DNA of 64,000 nt, taken from Lachnospiraceae bacterium (GTDB lineage: Bacteria > Bacillota > Clostridia > Lachnospirales > Lachnospiraceae). The stretch lies in NCBI GenBank assembly GCA_021199475.1, contig JAJQHZ010000085.1, forward strand, positions 34,089-98,088, read 5' to 3'. The notes under the pieces were generated by a model. It ran no database searches. It had not been told where the DNA came from and saw only the letters and a program-made list of their open reading frames with translations. Position numbers and translations under genes: made by a program. This document shows positions 10,234-19,474 of this stretch, one piece after another; positions within the stretch are counted from its first letter, which is position 1, and each line of letters begins with the position of its first letter.

Positions 10234-10614
10234 AGCGGAATAATAGAATTGAAAAAGTGTACTCTCAACAGATCAGAAGGACTCCCTTGAGCTTATCTGA
10301 TGAAAGACCATTTATCTGACAGACTGTATGGTAATGAACTGTGTGCAATGCACAGGAAATTGTGGAATCGCTCCTTGACGAAGCACATACAGACCGCTGG
10401 AAAATGGTCAGCCGAGAGTACACTAAAATGGGTTATAGGGAAATTTATGGTATCTGTATTATGAACGCGAAACGAACACACGACGCAGTGTATTTAGGAA
10501 GAAACGAGAAATGATATATCATACCATTTTGCTGATTCAATGATTGAGTGATACTGAGGTCAAGCCATAAGGTATCATAAAATCGTCTAAATGGAAAGAA
10601 AAGAGGACGCGGAA

Positions 10615-11259
10615 ATGAAGATCGTCATGTTAGGCGCGCCGGGAGCGGGCAAAGGGACGCAGGCAAAAATGATTGCGGCGAAATATCAGGTGCCGCATAT
10701 CTCTTCCGGAGACATTTTCCGGACCAATATCAAAAATGGTACGGAGCTCGGGAAGAAAGCGAAGGAGTACATGGATCAGGGGCTTCTGGTTCCGGATGAA
10801 CTGACAGTAGACCTGGTGATTGACCGGGTATCCTGGGATGACTGCAAAAACGGCTATATTCTGGACGGGTTTCCGCGGACGATTCCGCAGGCCGAGGCGC
10901 TGGATGCGGCTCTGAAAAAGGCTGGTTCAGGTCTTGACTTTGCCATCAATGTAGATGTGCCGGATGAGAATATAGTCACAAGAATGTCAGGCAGAAGAGC
11001 GTGCACGGGCTGCGGCGCTACGTATCACATCGTGTACAATCCGTCGAAAACGGGCGATGTGTGCGAGGTATGCGGTGACAAGCTGATTCTTCGCGATGAT
11101 GACAAGCCGGAGACAGTGCAGAAAAGACTGAGCGTGTACCATGATCAGACCCAGCCGCTGATTGAGTACTATGATGGACAGAATATTCTGAAGACAGTGG
11201 ATGGCACACAGGACATGAACGATGTGTTTGCTGCGATTGTCACGATTCTGGAGGCGTGA
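10615..11259 (+). CDS. adk: adenylate kinase (4-Cys zinc lid)
   Basis: ORF 10591-11259; ATG at 10615 (MKIVMLGAPGAGKGTQ P-loop); lid CTGC...CEVC. Confidence 0.96.
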   Translation: MKIVMLGAPGAGKGTQAKMIAAKYQVPHISSGDIFRTNIKNGTELGKKAKEYMDQGLLVPDELTVDLVIDRVSWDDCKNGYILDGFPRTIPQAEALDAALKKAGSGLDFAINVDVPDENIVTRMSGRRACTGCGATYHIVYNPSKTGDVCEVCGDKLILRDDDKPETVQKRLSVYHDQTQPLIEYYDGQNILKTVDGTQDMNDVFAAIVTILEA

Positions 11260-11260
11260 A

Positions 11261-12016
11261 ATGGCGGTATCGATCAAATCCCGGCATGAAATTGAGCTGA
11301 TGAGAGAAGCCGGAAGATTATTAAATATTGTGCACAAGGAATTGGCAGCCGCAATCCGTCCGGGTGTATCGACCTGGGAACTGAACAAGATTGGGGAGCA
11401 GGTTATCCGCAGCTTCGGATGTACCGCAAACTTTCTGAATTACAACGGATTTCCGGCATCGTTTTGCATTTCTATCAATGAGGAAGTCGTGCATGGGATC
11501 CCGCACAAGGGTCGGATTTTGCACGAAGGAGATATTGTAAGCGTTGACGCGGGTCTGATTTATAAAGGAATGCATTCAGATGCGGCACGCACCTACGGGG
11601 TCGGACAGATTTCACCGGAGGCACAAAAGCTGATTGATGTGACCCAGGAGAGCTTTTTCCGCGGAATCAAAATGGCAAAGGAAGGACACCGGCTGCATGA
11701 AATCTCCGCAGCGGTCAATGATTATGTAGATCAGTTTGGCTATGGCGTCGTGCGGGATCTGGTCGGACACGGCATCGGACACGCGCTTCACGAGGATCCG
11801 CAGATACCGAATTTCCGTCAGAGGACCAGAGGCATACGGCTGGTAAAGGGCATGACGCTGGCGGTGGAGCCGATGATTACTGCCGGAAGGCCGGATGTGG
11901 AATGGCTGGATGATAACTGGACCGTCGTGACCGAGGATGGAAGCCTTGCGGCACATTATGAGAATACGATCCTGATCACGGATGGCGAGCCGGAGATATT
12001 GTCCCTGACAGAGTAG
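11261..12016 (+). CDS. map: type I methionine aminopeptidase
   Basis: ORF 11222-12016; ATG at 11261 two nt after adk stop; MAVSIKSRHEIELMREAG and metal-ligand motifs. Confidence 0.95.
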   Translation: MAVSIKSRHEIELMREAGRLLNIVHKELAAAIRPGVSTWELNKIGEQVIRSFGCTANFLNYNGFPASFCISINEEVVHGIPHKGRILHEGDIVSVDAGLIYKGMHSDAARTYGVGQISPEAQKLIDVTQESFFRGIKMAKEGHRLHEISAAVNDYVDQFGYGVVRDLVGHGIGHALHEDPQIPNFRQRTRGIRLVKGMTLAVEPMITAGRPDVEWLDDNWTVVTEDGSLAAHYENTILITDGEPEILSLTE

Positions 12017-12161
12017 AGAACGAACTGCACCGCCAGCTCTCTGCACTTACGAGCGAGGTCACAGGTGGAGCGGGATGGATGATGGTAGTTTCTACGCAGC
12101 AGCACAGCGAATTGCCGTGTGGAACGTTTACTGAAAAACGAGAGGAAAGGACGGCCGGAGG

Positions 12162-12524
12162 ATGAAGGTTTGGACGTCAAGGATGCTGGCAGTTTCTCTG
12201 GCCGGACATGATAAAGGGAAGCTATACGCCGTGGTTGAAGAGGTATCGGCAGATGGCGTGGGAGTCCCGAAAACCGGGAATCAGGTTCTTCCCACAGGCA
12301 AAAAGACTGCAGACTCTGATTTACATGAGAGGATTGTGACAGAAAACTCATATCTGCTCCTGGCGGACGGAAAAAGCCGGACTCTGGAGCATCCGAAACG
12401 AAAAAAGCGGAAGCATGTGCAGCTCATTACGCACTTGCCGCAGCCGCTTCTTGCGAGAATGAGCGAGATTACATTGGACGCACACGTGCGAAAAATAGTA
12501 AGGCAGTATAGAGAGATTGAATGA
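12162..12524 (+). CDS. KOW domain-containing RNA-binding protein (map-infA gene typical of Clostridia)
   Basis: 120-aa ORF with AGHDKGKLYAVV ... LLLADGKSRTLEHPKRKKRKHVQLI. Start could be the ATG at 12183. Confidence 0.75.
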   Translation: MKVWTSRMLAVSLAGHDKGKLYAVVEEVSADGVGVPKTGNQVLPTGKKTADSDLHERIVTENSYLLLADGKSRTLEHPKRKKRKHVQLITHLPQPLLARMSEITLDAHVRKIVRQYREIE

Positions 12525-12539
12525 CGAATGGAGGTAAAT

Positions 12540-12758
12540 ATGTCGAAGGCAGATGTCATTGAAGTAGAAGGAAAAGTGATTGAGAAGCTTCCGAACGCGA
12601 TGTTTCGCGTAGAACTGGAGAATAAGCATGTTGTGCTCGCGCACATCAGCGGAAAGCTTCGCATGAACTTTATCCGTATCCTTCCCGGTGATAAGGTTAC
12701 AATCGAATTGTCGCCGTATGATCTGACCAAGGGAAGAATCATCTGGAGAGATAAATAA
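12540..12758 (+). CDS. infA: translation initiation factor IF-1
   Basis: ORF 12528-12758; [41 protein letters not shown] is unmistakably IF-1. Confidence 0.97.
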   Translation: MSKADVIEVEGKVIEKLPNAMFRVELENKHVVLAHISGKLRMNFIRILPGDKVTIELSPYDLTKGRIIWRDK

Positions 12759-12764
12759 TACGAA

Positions 12765-14261
12765 ATGGAAAATGGGTTACAGCCTGGATTGCTGCTTTTT
12801 TTCTCGGTATTCGTATGGATCATGTATGGCACTGTGTTTTTATCGGATCCAAAGAACCGGATTAATCAATGGTGTCTGATCTGCGGACTGATTCTGAGTC
12901 TTGGAGTATTTAAGGAATTCCTGGTAGGTGCGGGAATATGTGCTGGTATGAGAGTATATGTATTCGGAATCAGTCGTGATCTGGAGGATATGCTTAATTC
13001 AATTCTGACCGCAATTTTGTATTACCTGGCCATGCCCTGTGTGATGGTTTTTACATTCTATTTCTGCCGGTTGGATAAGGAAAAGTCGAAGCTGTTTTTG
13101 CTGCTTTGTGGAATCCTGTATGTTCCGGCAGTTACTTTTGCGTTTGCTTATTCGCCGCTCCAGACGCGGGAGATTGCGCAGGCACAGCCGGATGCGTTCC
13201 GGAATGTGGCGATCTATAACCTGATCTACGGAGCTGCCTCGGCTTTGCTAATCTGCATTTCTCTGGCCAAAGAACGGAATACTCCGCAGTTTGGTCAAAG
13301 GCGTATGGTGGTGTTTATCGTTCTGATTCCGGTTGATTACTGGCTGATCACGCTTTTCGGATTCCATCTGTTAAAGCTGGAGAAGCTGTATAAGATGTGG
13401 CAGGGAAATATTATCATACTTCCGGTATTATTTCTGTTCTATGTGCGGCAGATGTTTCAAGACGGAGCATGGGGGCTGCGGCTGCAAAAGGAACATTTTG
13501 ACTGGACGGAGGGGGAAAGCAGTCAGGCAAAAGCTTCCTCTTACCTGATGCATATGGTGAAAAACGAAACTGCGAAAATACGCTGGTGCGCGGATGCCAT
13601 CCGCGATCCGGAGCTGCGGGACAGTCATGCAGAAGCAGATATTATCAATCGTTCTGTAGATCAGATTGAGGCGTTGCTGCAGCGCAGCAGCAGATATGAG
13701 AAAGAAATTGTTCCGCAGTGCCGGGAAGTGATAGTTTATCAATTGTTTCAGGAAATCAGAGAGGAACGTCTGAAAAACTGGAATGGGCGGGTTATTATTA
13801 ACGTAGAAAACACACAGTCTTCTGTATTCTGCGATTATAGTCTGATGAAAGAGGTTTTGGTAAATTTGGTTGAAAATGCGATGGAGGCCATGGTTCCGGG
13901 CGAGGAAGGTATGCTCACGCTTCGATTTACAAAACCTGTTCGGCATCGACCATTACATAGAAGGAAGCAGCCGAGACGTTCGAATCAGAAAACAAACATG
14001 GTTCGCATTGAAGTCGAGGATAATGGAAAAGGAATTCCGGAGGAAATACAGCAGAAGGTATTTCAACCATATTATACAAATAAAAAGGATGACATGCATT
14101 TTGGCCTGGGACTTTCCTGGTGTCAGAAGGTTGTGCGCAGGCATGGTGGGACAATCGAGGTAAAATCCCCGGCAACAATGGATGGAAAGGGAACAGTATT
14201 TACACTTTACCTGCCTAATGAGCGCAGAAAGCAGAGGACACATCATGAGCACAATTCATGA
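12765..14261 (+). CDS. sensor histidine kinase, polytopic N-terminal sensor domain
   Basis: 498-aa ORF. About 240 aa of hydrophobic helices, candidate H-box YLMHMVKNE, N-box LVNLVENAMEAM, G-boxes DNGKGI and GLGLSW. A basic insert (HRPLHRRKQPRRSNQK) lies between N and G1 boxes. ATG is only 6 nt after the infA stop, with no obvious SD. Confidence 0.85.
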   Translation: MENGLQPGLLLFFSVFVWIMYGTVFLSDPKNRINQWCLICGLILSLGVFKEFLVGAGICAGMRVYVFGISRDLEDMLNSILTAILYYLAMPCVMVFTFYFCRLDKEKSKLFLLLCGILYVPAVTFAFAYSPLQTREIAQAQPDAFRNVAIYNLIYGAASALLICISLAKERNTPQFGQRRMVVFIVLIPVDYWLITLFGFHLLKLEKLYKMWQGNIIILPVLFLFYVRQMFQDGAWGLRLQKEHFDWTEGESSQAKASSYLMHMVKNETAKIRWCADAIRDPELRDSHAEADIINRSVDQIEALLQRSSRYEKEIVPQCREVIVYQLFQEIREERLKNWNGRVIINVENTQSSVFCDYSLMKEVLVNLVENAMEAMVPGEEGMLTLRFTKPVRHRPLHRRKQPRRSNQKTNMVRIEVEDNGKGIPEEIQQKVFQPYYTNKKDDMHFGLGLSWCQKVVRRHGGTIEVKSPATMDGKGTVFTLYLPNERRKQRTHHEHNS

Positions 14262-14844
14262 GCAGGAACAAATAAGACTGATGGTTGTAGATGATGATCC
14301 GGATTTTCTGTACCTGATTCAGAAAACACTCAAAAAATCCCCGGAATTCGAAGTGGTCGGATGCTGTGGCGATGAGGAATCCGCTGTCAGCATGGCCTGC
14401 CGGGATCAGCCGGATGTTGTTTTGATGGATTTGAATCTGGGAAATTCGTTCTCTGATGGCATACGAGCGTCAAGGGAAATCCGCATTATGACAGATGCTA
14501 AAGTGCTGATATTGACAGCAATCGATGCACCAGATGTGATTTTGAAGGCCTGCAAAGAGGCCTTTGCTTCCGGGTACATATTTAAAGGACAGCATGAGCT
14601 TCTCGCAGCGACCGTAAGGGAGCTTTCACAGGGGTATACCGCGCAGGAATATGTAATAGCACAATCCGCGATCTCCTGTCTTTCGGAGGCGGAAATGGCG
14701 GTGTTTTCTAATCTGATGGGAAAAGATGTGCAGCTGCAGTCTACACGGAAAACCATTCAGAATCAGACAACCAGTATCCTGAAAAAGCTGGGTCTTGAGA
14801 ATAAAACGGATCTGCTTCATGTATTCCGGATTTTTATGGAATAA
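14245..14844 (+). CDS. response regulator, LuxR/NarL-type HTH output
   Basis: ORF 14182-14844; ATG at 14245 overlaps the kinase 3' end. Receiver motifs VVDDDP, VVLMDLNL, GYIFKG; C-terminal GerE-like helix-turn-helix. Confidence 0.85.
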   Translation: MSTIHEQEQIRLMVVDDDPDFLYLIQKTLKKSPEFEVVGCCGDEESAVSMACRDQPDVVLMDLNLGNSFSDGIRASREIRIMTDAKVLILTAIDAPDVILKACKEAFASGYIFKGQHELLAATVRELSQGYTAQEYVIAQSAISCLSEAEMAVFSNLMGKDVQLQSTRKTIQNQTTSILKKLGLENKTDLLHVFRIFME

Positions 14845-14870
14845 ACGGGAACGACGAAGGGCATAAAGCT

Positions 14871-14905
14871 AAGAATCCCATAATATTTGGGATTCTTATT
14901 TTTTG
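14871..14905 (+). terminator. rho-independent terminator after response regulator
   Basis: AAGAATCCC / GGGATTCTT 9-bp stem followed by ATTTTTT. Confidence 0.8.
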
Positions 14906-14971
14906 AAAAGAAACGATGCTATAATTGGTTCAGATATATAAACAGAAGTTTTCCCGGAAGGAGAAATTGGT

Positions 14972-17428
14972 ATGAAAAAGAGAATATTACGTCCGTTTTT
15001 TTTGATGATTGCGCTGTTGTTATTTTCTGCATCGGCCTCAGCCGCTACTACACTGACGGTAGGAAGAACTACTACGCTGACCGCATCCCAGCCGGAAACC
15101 AGCTATAGCGCTTACGGTGGTGTAAGCTATACCTATGTGTGGTCCAGCTCTGATAGCAGCGTGGTCAGTATTTCTGGAAGCGGGCAATCCCGCACAATCA
15201 AAGGAGAATCAGCAGGAACCGCTACGGTATCCTGTATCGTTTCCATGAGTTATTACAGCTATGATTCCCGATTAGGGACATTACAGTCCCGGTACGAGAC
15301 AAAAAGCGGCGGCGGATGGACGATCACTGTCACGGCAGCTGGCGGGAACTCCAGCTCTAGTTCAGGGACCGCTTCCACATCCTCTGTTGCCGCATCAAAA
15401 CTCTCATGGTCCTCCAGCCGCGCTGAGATGGCTTTGAACGAGCAGATCAGGTTCACTGTCACGCAGTATCCATCCGGGGCAAATTCGTCCGTTTCATGGA
15501 TGAGCAGTGATGTATCCGTTGCTTCCGTCGATGCGAACGGGGTCGTCACGGCGAAGAAAAGAGGAACTACGACGATTACGGCAAGTACATCCAACAATAT
15601 TTCCGTCTCCTGTAAGGTCACCGTAAAGAAAAAAGCAAAGAAAATTGTGCTTAAAAGTACCTCAATATCTTTGAATAAGGGAAAAACAAAACAGCTCAAA
15701 TACTCATTGTCTCCTTCCGGCTCCACCGCATCACTGACGTTCAGCAGCAGCGATTCGAGCGTTGCGTCTGTTGATTCAACTGGAACAATTACCGCAAATA
15801 AAGCAGGAACAGCGACCATCACTGTTTCCTCGTCAGGTGGTCTGACAGCGAAATGTAAAGTAAAAGTAAAGGTGAAAGCAAAAAGCGTGAAGCTTGAGAC
15901 CTCCAGTCTTAAAATGGGTGTCGGCGGAACCAGAACGCTGACCGCGACTGTGAAACCGCTGGACACCACGCAAAAAATTTCCTGGAGCAGCAGCAATTCC
16001 AGCGTTGTATCCGTAAATAAAAACGGAAAGCTGGTTGCCAAAAAGACCGGAACGGCGACTATTACGGCTAAAATTTCAGGTGACGTAAGCGCAACGTGTA
16101 AAGTTACAGTTAAGAAAAAGGTTACTAAGATCAAGCTTACTAAATCAAAGCTGTCTATGAATAAGGGTGACACACAGAAGCTGAAATATAAGCTGTCACC
16201 GTCTGGTTCATATGGAGATGTCACGTGGACGAGCTCTAATTCATCTGTCGCGACAGTCAGTTCAGATGGTACGATATCAGCAACAGGGGCTGGAACAACA
16301 ACGATTAAAGCAAAAATATCAGGCAAAATATCTGCTAAATGTGTAGTCACGGTTTCCGTTCCTGCTACCGGAGTTTCTCTTGATAGTACGAGCCTGACGC
16401 TCAGCATTGGTGAAACCTGTTCCCTTGGCCATACAATTACACCTGGGGATACCACAGATACCGCTGTCTGGTCGACAGATACAGCCAGTGTTGTCACGGT
16501 GGATCAGAATGGAACGCTACATGCAACCGGGCTGGGCACCGCAAAGGTTACGGTGAAGGTGGGTTCATACTCTGCCAACTGTGAGATAAAAGTAGTGTCT
16601 GAGATTCCGGCTACAGGCCTTTCCTTTGGAGAGTCAGATCCGGCTGTTATAAAAGGACATTCTCTTACCATCCCTGTTGTGCTGGAGGGCGCTTCGAATA
16701 TGACGGATCAGGCAAGTGATGTGACCTGGTCGTCCAGCAATCCTGGCATCGCCACCGTAGACGCAAATGGAACGGTCTATGGCGTAAGCGAGGGCGTAAC
16801 GACAATCACCGCTTCCCTGCGGAACTATACCTCGACACGTACGATTGTAGTCGCAAAAGGTGCGTGGATTGATTTGTCTAAGGGAATCGCATGGATTGAA
16901 GGCAACAGAGCCAAAACCGGATCCGGATCTTATTTCGCATATTCGTCAGCCACTGGTCTGACACTGGTACAGAGTGATCCGAGTAAAACCTACAATGTCT
17001 ACTTTTCCACATCCTCAACAGACATAGACTCCCGTTATATTATTTTAGCTGGGGTCACTATACCGAACAAACTGGATACAGGCCTGGAAACTATTATCAT
17101 TGAGGCAATGGAAGGAACCGAAAATGTATTTAATAATTCTGTTTCTACATCTTACTCAAAATCAGCCATTACCTTTACGGGGAGCGGAACACTTACCATT
17201 AACAGCACCGGAAACGCGATCCAGGCAAAATCTGTTAATTTCGCAGGGGGTGATGTGACAGTCAAAACCAGCAGTAAATCAGCAACTGTTATAAATGCAA
17301 AGTCACTCACTGTGCAGCGGGGAGTTACCGTGAATGTCATTGGCGGGGCCAAAGCATATGAACCAGCTAGTTCATCAAATGGATATGTGCGAAATATCTA
17401 TGGAACTCTGAATTATAGTTCTAACTAA
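14972..17428 (+). CDS. secreted surface protein with about 7 bacterial Ig-like (Big_2-type) repeats
   Basis: 818-aa ORF. Signal peptide MKKRILRPFFLMIALLLFSASASA; repeated units of the form SS(S/D)xSVA(S/T)VDxxGxxTAxxxGTATIT. No LPXTG or other anchor recognised. Confidence 0.85.
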   Translation: MKKRILRPFFLMIALLLFSASASAATTLTVGRTTTLTASQPETSYSAYGGVSYTYVWSSSDSSVVSISGSGQSRTIKGESAGTATVSCIVSMSYYSYDSRLGTLQSRYETKSGGGWTITVTAAGGNSSSSSGTASTSSVAASKLSWSSSRAEMALNEQIRFTVTQYPSGANSSVSWMSSDVSVASVDANGVVTAKKRGTTTITASTSNNISVSCKVTVKKKAKKIVLKSTSISLNKGKTKQLKYSLSPSGSTASLTFSSSDSSVASVDSTGTITANKAGTATITVSSSGGLTAKCKVKVKVKAKSVKLETSSLKMGVGGTRTLTATVKPLDTTQKISWSSSNSSVVSVNKNGKLVAKKTGTATITAKISGDVSATCKVTVKKKVTKIKLTKSKLSMNKGDTQKLKYKLSPSGSYGDVTWTSSNSSVATVSSDGTISATGAGTTTIKAKISGKISAKCVVTVSVPATGVSLDSTSLTLSIGETCSLGHTITPGDTTDTAVWSTDTASVVTVDQNGTLHATGLGTAKVTVKVGSYSANCEIKVVSEIPATGLSFGESDPAVIKGHSLTIPVVLEGASNMTDQASDVTWSSSNPGIATVDANGTVYGVSEGVTTITASLRNYTSTRTIVVAKGAWIDLSKGIAWIEGNRAKTGSGSYFAYSSATGLTLVQSDPSKTYNVYFSTSSTDIDSRYIILAGVTIPNKLDTGLETIIIEAMEGTENVFNNSVSTSYSKSAITFTGSGTLTINSTGNAIQAKSVNFAGGDVTVKTSSKSATVINAKSLTVQRGVTVNVIGGAKAYEPASSSNGYVRNIYGTLNYSSN

Positions 17429-17697
17429 GGAATTGTTGCATAATAACATACCCGGATTTTGCCGGATAACGTATGAAACACAGACCATAAAAAACAGGCG
17501 CAGCGGGGCGTAGAGCGTCGAGGTTTTTATGATCTTCGATTCGCGCGTTAGGCGGTGCAAGATGGGCAGGTAATTTCGTGACAGCTCCTACGGATTATTA
17601 CAGTCTGTGATTCGCACGATAACTGTGTAAGAAGCATAAGGTATTTTGCTGAAGACTTTTGAATATAAGCACGGTAATAATGAAAGAAGCCGTTAAA

Positions 17698-17729
17698 AGA
17701 GGGTGCTATAGACAATAGCACCCTCTTTG
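17698..17729 (+). terminator. stem-loop, possible terminator downstream of surface-protein gene
   Basis: AGAGGGTGCT / AGCACCCTCT 10-bp perfect stem with only a short T tail. Confidence 0.45.
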
Positions 17730-17976
17730 CCGGTGTACAGAGAAATGACCAGGAGGTTTATGAGCAATTTAACACTTACGTTCATCCATTAAGGAACTGT
17801 CGAAAGGTGCTTGTAAAAATCGTGAATATACCGAAAATATATTTTAATAATCAATTAATAAAATAAATATTGACTAAGCGCATGATATAGGTTAGATTAT
17901 AGACAGGTATTTATGTGTGTGTTTACAATTTCCCCATATTTCTGCATCCCGGGGTGGTTTGTTGTGTAACCATCAA

Positions 17977-19248
17977 ATGAATGAAGAAAAAAGAAATGGA
18001 AAGCAGGCAGCATCTGCGGGTAATATTCTTTCACCCAAAGAGAAGACTGTTAACAGAGAAATTGATGGGAAAATCCCCGGTCAGGGGAAGCCAAAAGATT
18101 CTGCGACTTCTGTTATTTTTGAGAATAATGAGAATGTCGCAGATGTTTTCAACCATGCGGTGTTTGCGCCGGTTCCTGTCGAGGCAGCGGATATTTCCGA
18201 CGATAATATTAAGGAAGTTTCGCTTTTGCGGGTGAAGGAACAGAGCCATACGACGCTTACGAATTACCGCGATGTTATTAAGAAGCTTGGCTCTGAGCAG
18301 GTGCTGGCTATTTTAGGAATAGAGAATCAGGAGAGCGATTCTTTCCTGATGCCTTTCCGTGTGATGGAAGTTGATTTCATCAACTATGCGCGCCAGGTTC
18401 GAACGATTACAGACCGAAATGCTGCCTTATTGAACAAGAAAAAGGATTCTCTTCCGGGAGAGGATATTCCCGCATCCGGAAAGTCAGGCGGGGAATTCCT
18501 TGGAAGGTTTCTGGCAGAGGATCGAATCATTCCATGTATTACTCTCGTGATTTACTGGGGAATGGAACCATGGAAGGGACCCCGGCGCCTGTCCGAGATG
18601 TTTTTGGACAGTTCGTGGGCACCATATGCGTCGGATTATGAGATGCATTTACTCGAGGTTAATAAAATCAGCGATGCGGAACTCGAAACATATGGCAAGG
18701 AGCTTCGTGCTGTTTTTGGATTTGTAAAATATTCTCGCGATAAGGTTAAATTAAAGCAGTACCTCGAACAAAATGAGGATGCATTTTCTAACTTGCCGGG
18801 AGTAATCGTTGACGCGATTTCGGAATTGACGGATTCCAGAGAAATAAAAACACTGATGGCACGAAATGACACAGCACAATGTGGGAAGGGAGATGGAGTG
18901 AATATGTGTGAAGCACTTAGAGACTGGATGGAAGATTTGAAAAATGAGGCATTGAATGAAGGCATGACACAAGGGTTGACTGTGGGTATGGAGAAAGGAA
19001 TAGCGGAAGGCCGGGAGAAAGGAATAATCGAAGGCCGGGAGAAAGGAATGATTGAAGGCCGTGCAGAAGGCCGTGCAGAAGGCCGTGCAGAAGGAATTAT
19101 TGAGGGAAGGAAAGAAGAACGAGAGAATACGGAGCGGGAACGAAAAAATGCAGAGATGGAACGGCAGAGAGCAGACAGGGCTGAAGAACGTGCATTGCGT
19201 GCGGAGACAGAGCTTATGAAACTGAAAGCGCAGCTTGGATATACCTGA
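17977..19248 (+). CDS. Rpn family recombination-promoting nuclease / putative transposase (YhgA-like PD-(D/E)xK)
   Basis: ORF 17917-19248, ATG at 17977. Rpn-like motifs (NVADVFN, GIENQESD, FRVMEVD, CITLVIYWG) recognised from memory. C-terminal EGREKG/EGRAEG tandem repeats typical of gut Firmicutes Rpn proteins. Confidence 0.75.
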   Translation: MNEEKRNGKQAASAGNILSPKEKTVNREIDGKIPGQGKPKDSATSVIFENNENVADVFNHAVFAPVPVEAADISDDNIKEVSLLRVKEQSHTTLTNYRDVIKKLGSEQVLAILGIENQESDSFLMPFRVMEVDFINYARQVRTITDRNAALLNKKKDSLPGEDIPASGKSGGEFLGRFLAEDRIIPCITLVIYWGMEPWKGPRRLSEMFLDSSWAPYASDYEMHLLEVNKISDAELETYGKELRAVFGFVKYSRDKVKLKQYLEQNEDAFSNLPGVIVDAISELTDSREIKTLMARNDTAQCGKGDGVNMCEALRDWMEDLKNEALNEGMTQGLTVGMEKGIAEGREKGIIEGREKGMIEGRAEGRAEGRAEGIIEGRKEERENTERERKNAEMERQRADRAEERALRAETELMKLKAQLGYT

Positions 19249-19360
19249 ACGTGTGAATAATGCCTGAAAGCCGCACGAAAAGTGCATGAGATACATGAAA
19301 GCGTGCCCGAAAGGCTGGGCAAAGAAAAGGCAAGAACAGACGGCAAGAGCGGCAAGAAAA

Positions 19361-19398
19361 GCCAGGAAAAATCCGAAAAGCCAGGAAAAATCCGAAAA
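19361..19398 (+). repeat. perfect 19-nt direct repeat x2 (GCCAGGAAAAATCCGAAAA)
   Basis: Read directly from the sequence. Confidence 0.95.
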
Positions 19399-19448
19399 AC
19401 CGCTTGCTTTTCCAATATCTGTATGGTATACTGACAAATGCTTTTTGC

Positions 19449-19474
19449 AGAGGCACTATCTCTGTGCCTTTTTG
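19449..19474 (+). terminator. rho-independent terminator after Rpn gene
   Basis: AGGCAC / GTGCCT stem followed by TTTTT. Confidence 0.6.

Noticed and set aside
10293-10481. 62-aa minus-strand ORF in the secY-adk spacer, considered as a possible small toxin or membrane peptide.
   Set aside because: It has no RBS, no hydrophobic helix and an odd Cys/His/Phe-rich sequence. The region is better described as non-coding.
15259-16497. 412-aa ORF antisense to the Ig-repeat surface-protein gene. Similar long antisense ORFs occur at 59591-61261, 18636-19802, 6059-6730 and 62066-62938.
   Set aside because: Each lies fully inside a well-supported gene on the other strand. They have low-complexity or implausible composition and lack RBS/start context. 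They are by-products of stop-poor complementary frames.
17760-17805. 10-codon mini-ORF (MSNLTLTFIH) after a strong AGGAGG upstream of the Rpn gene, considered as a possible leader peptide.
   Set aside because: It is too short and lacks attenuator or terminator context, and the RBS-like string may be fortuitous in an AT-rich region. It is noted only.
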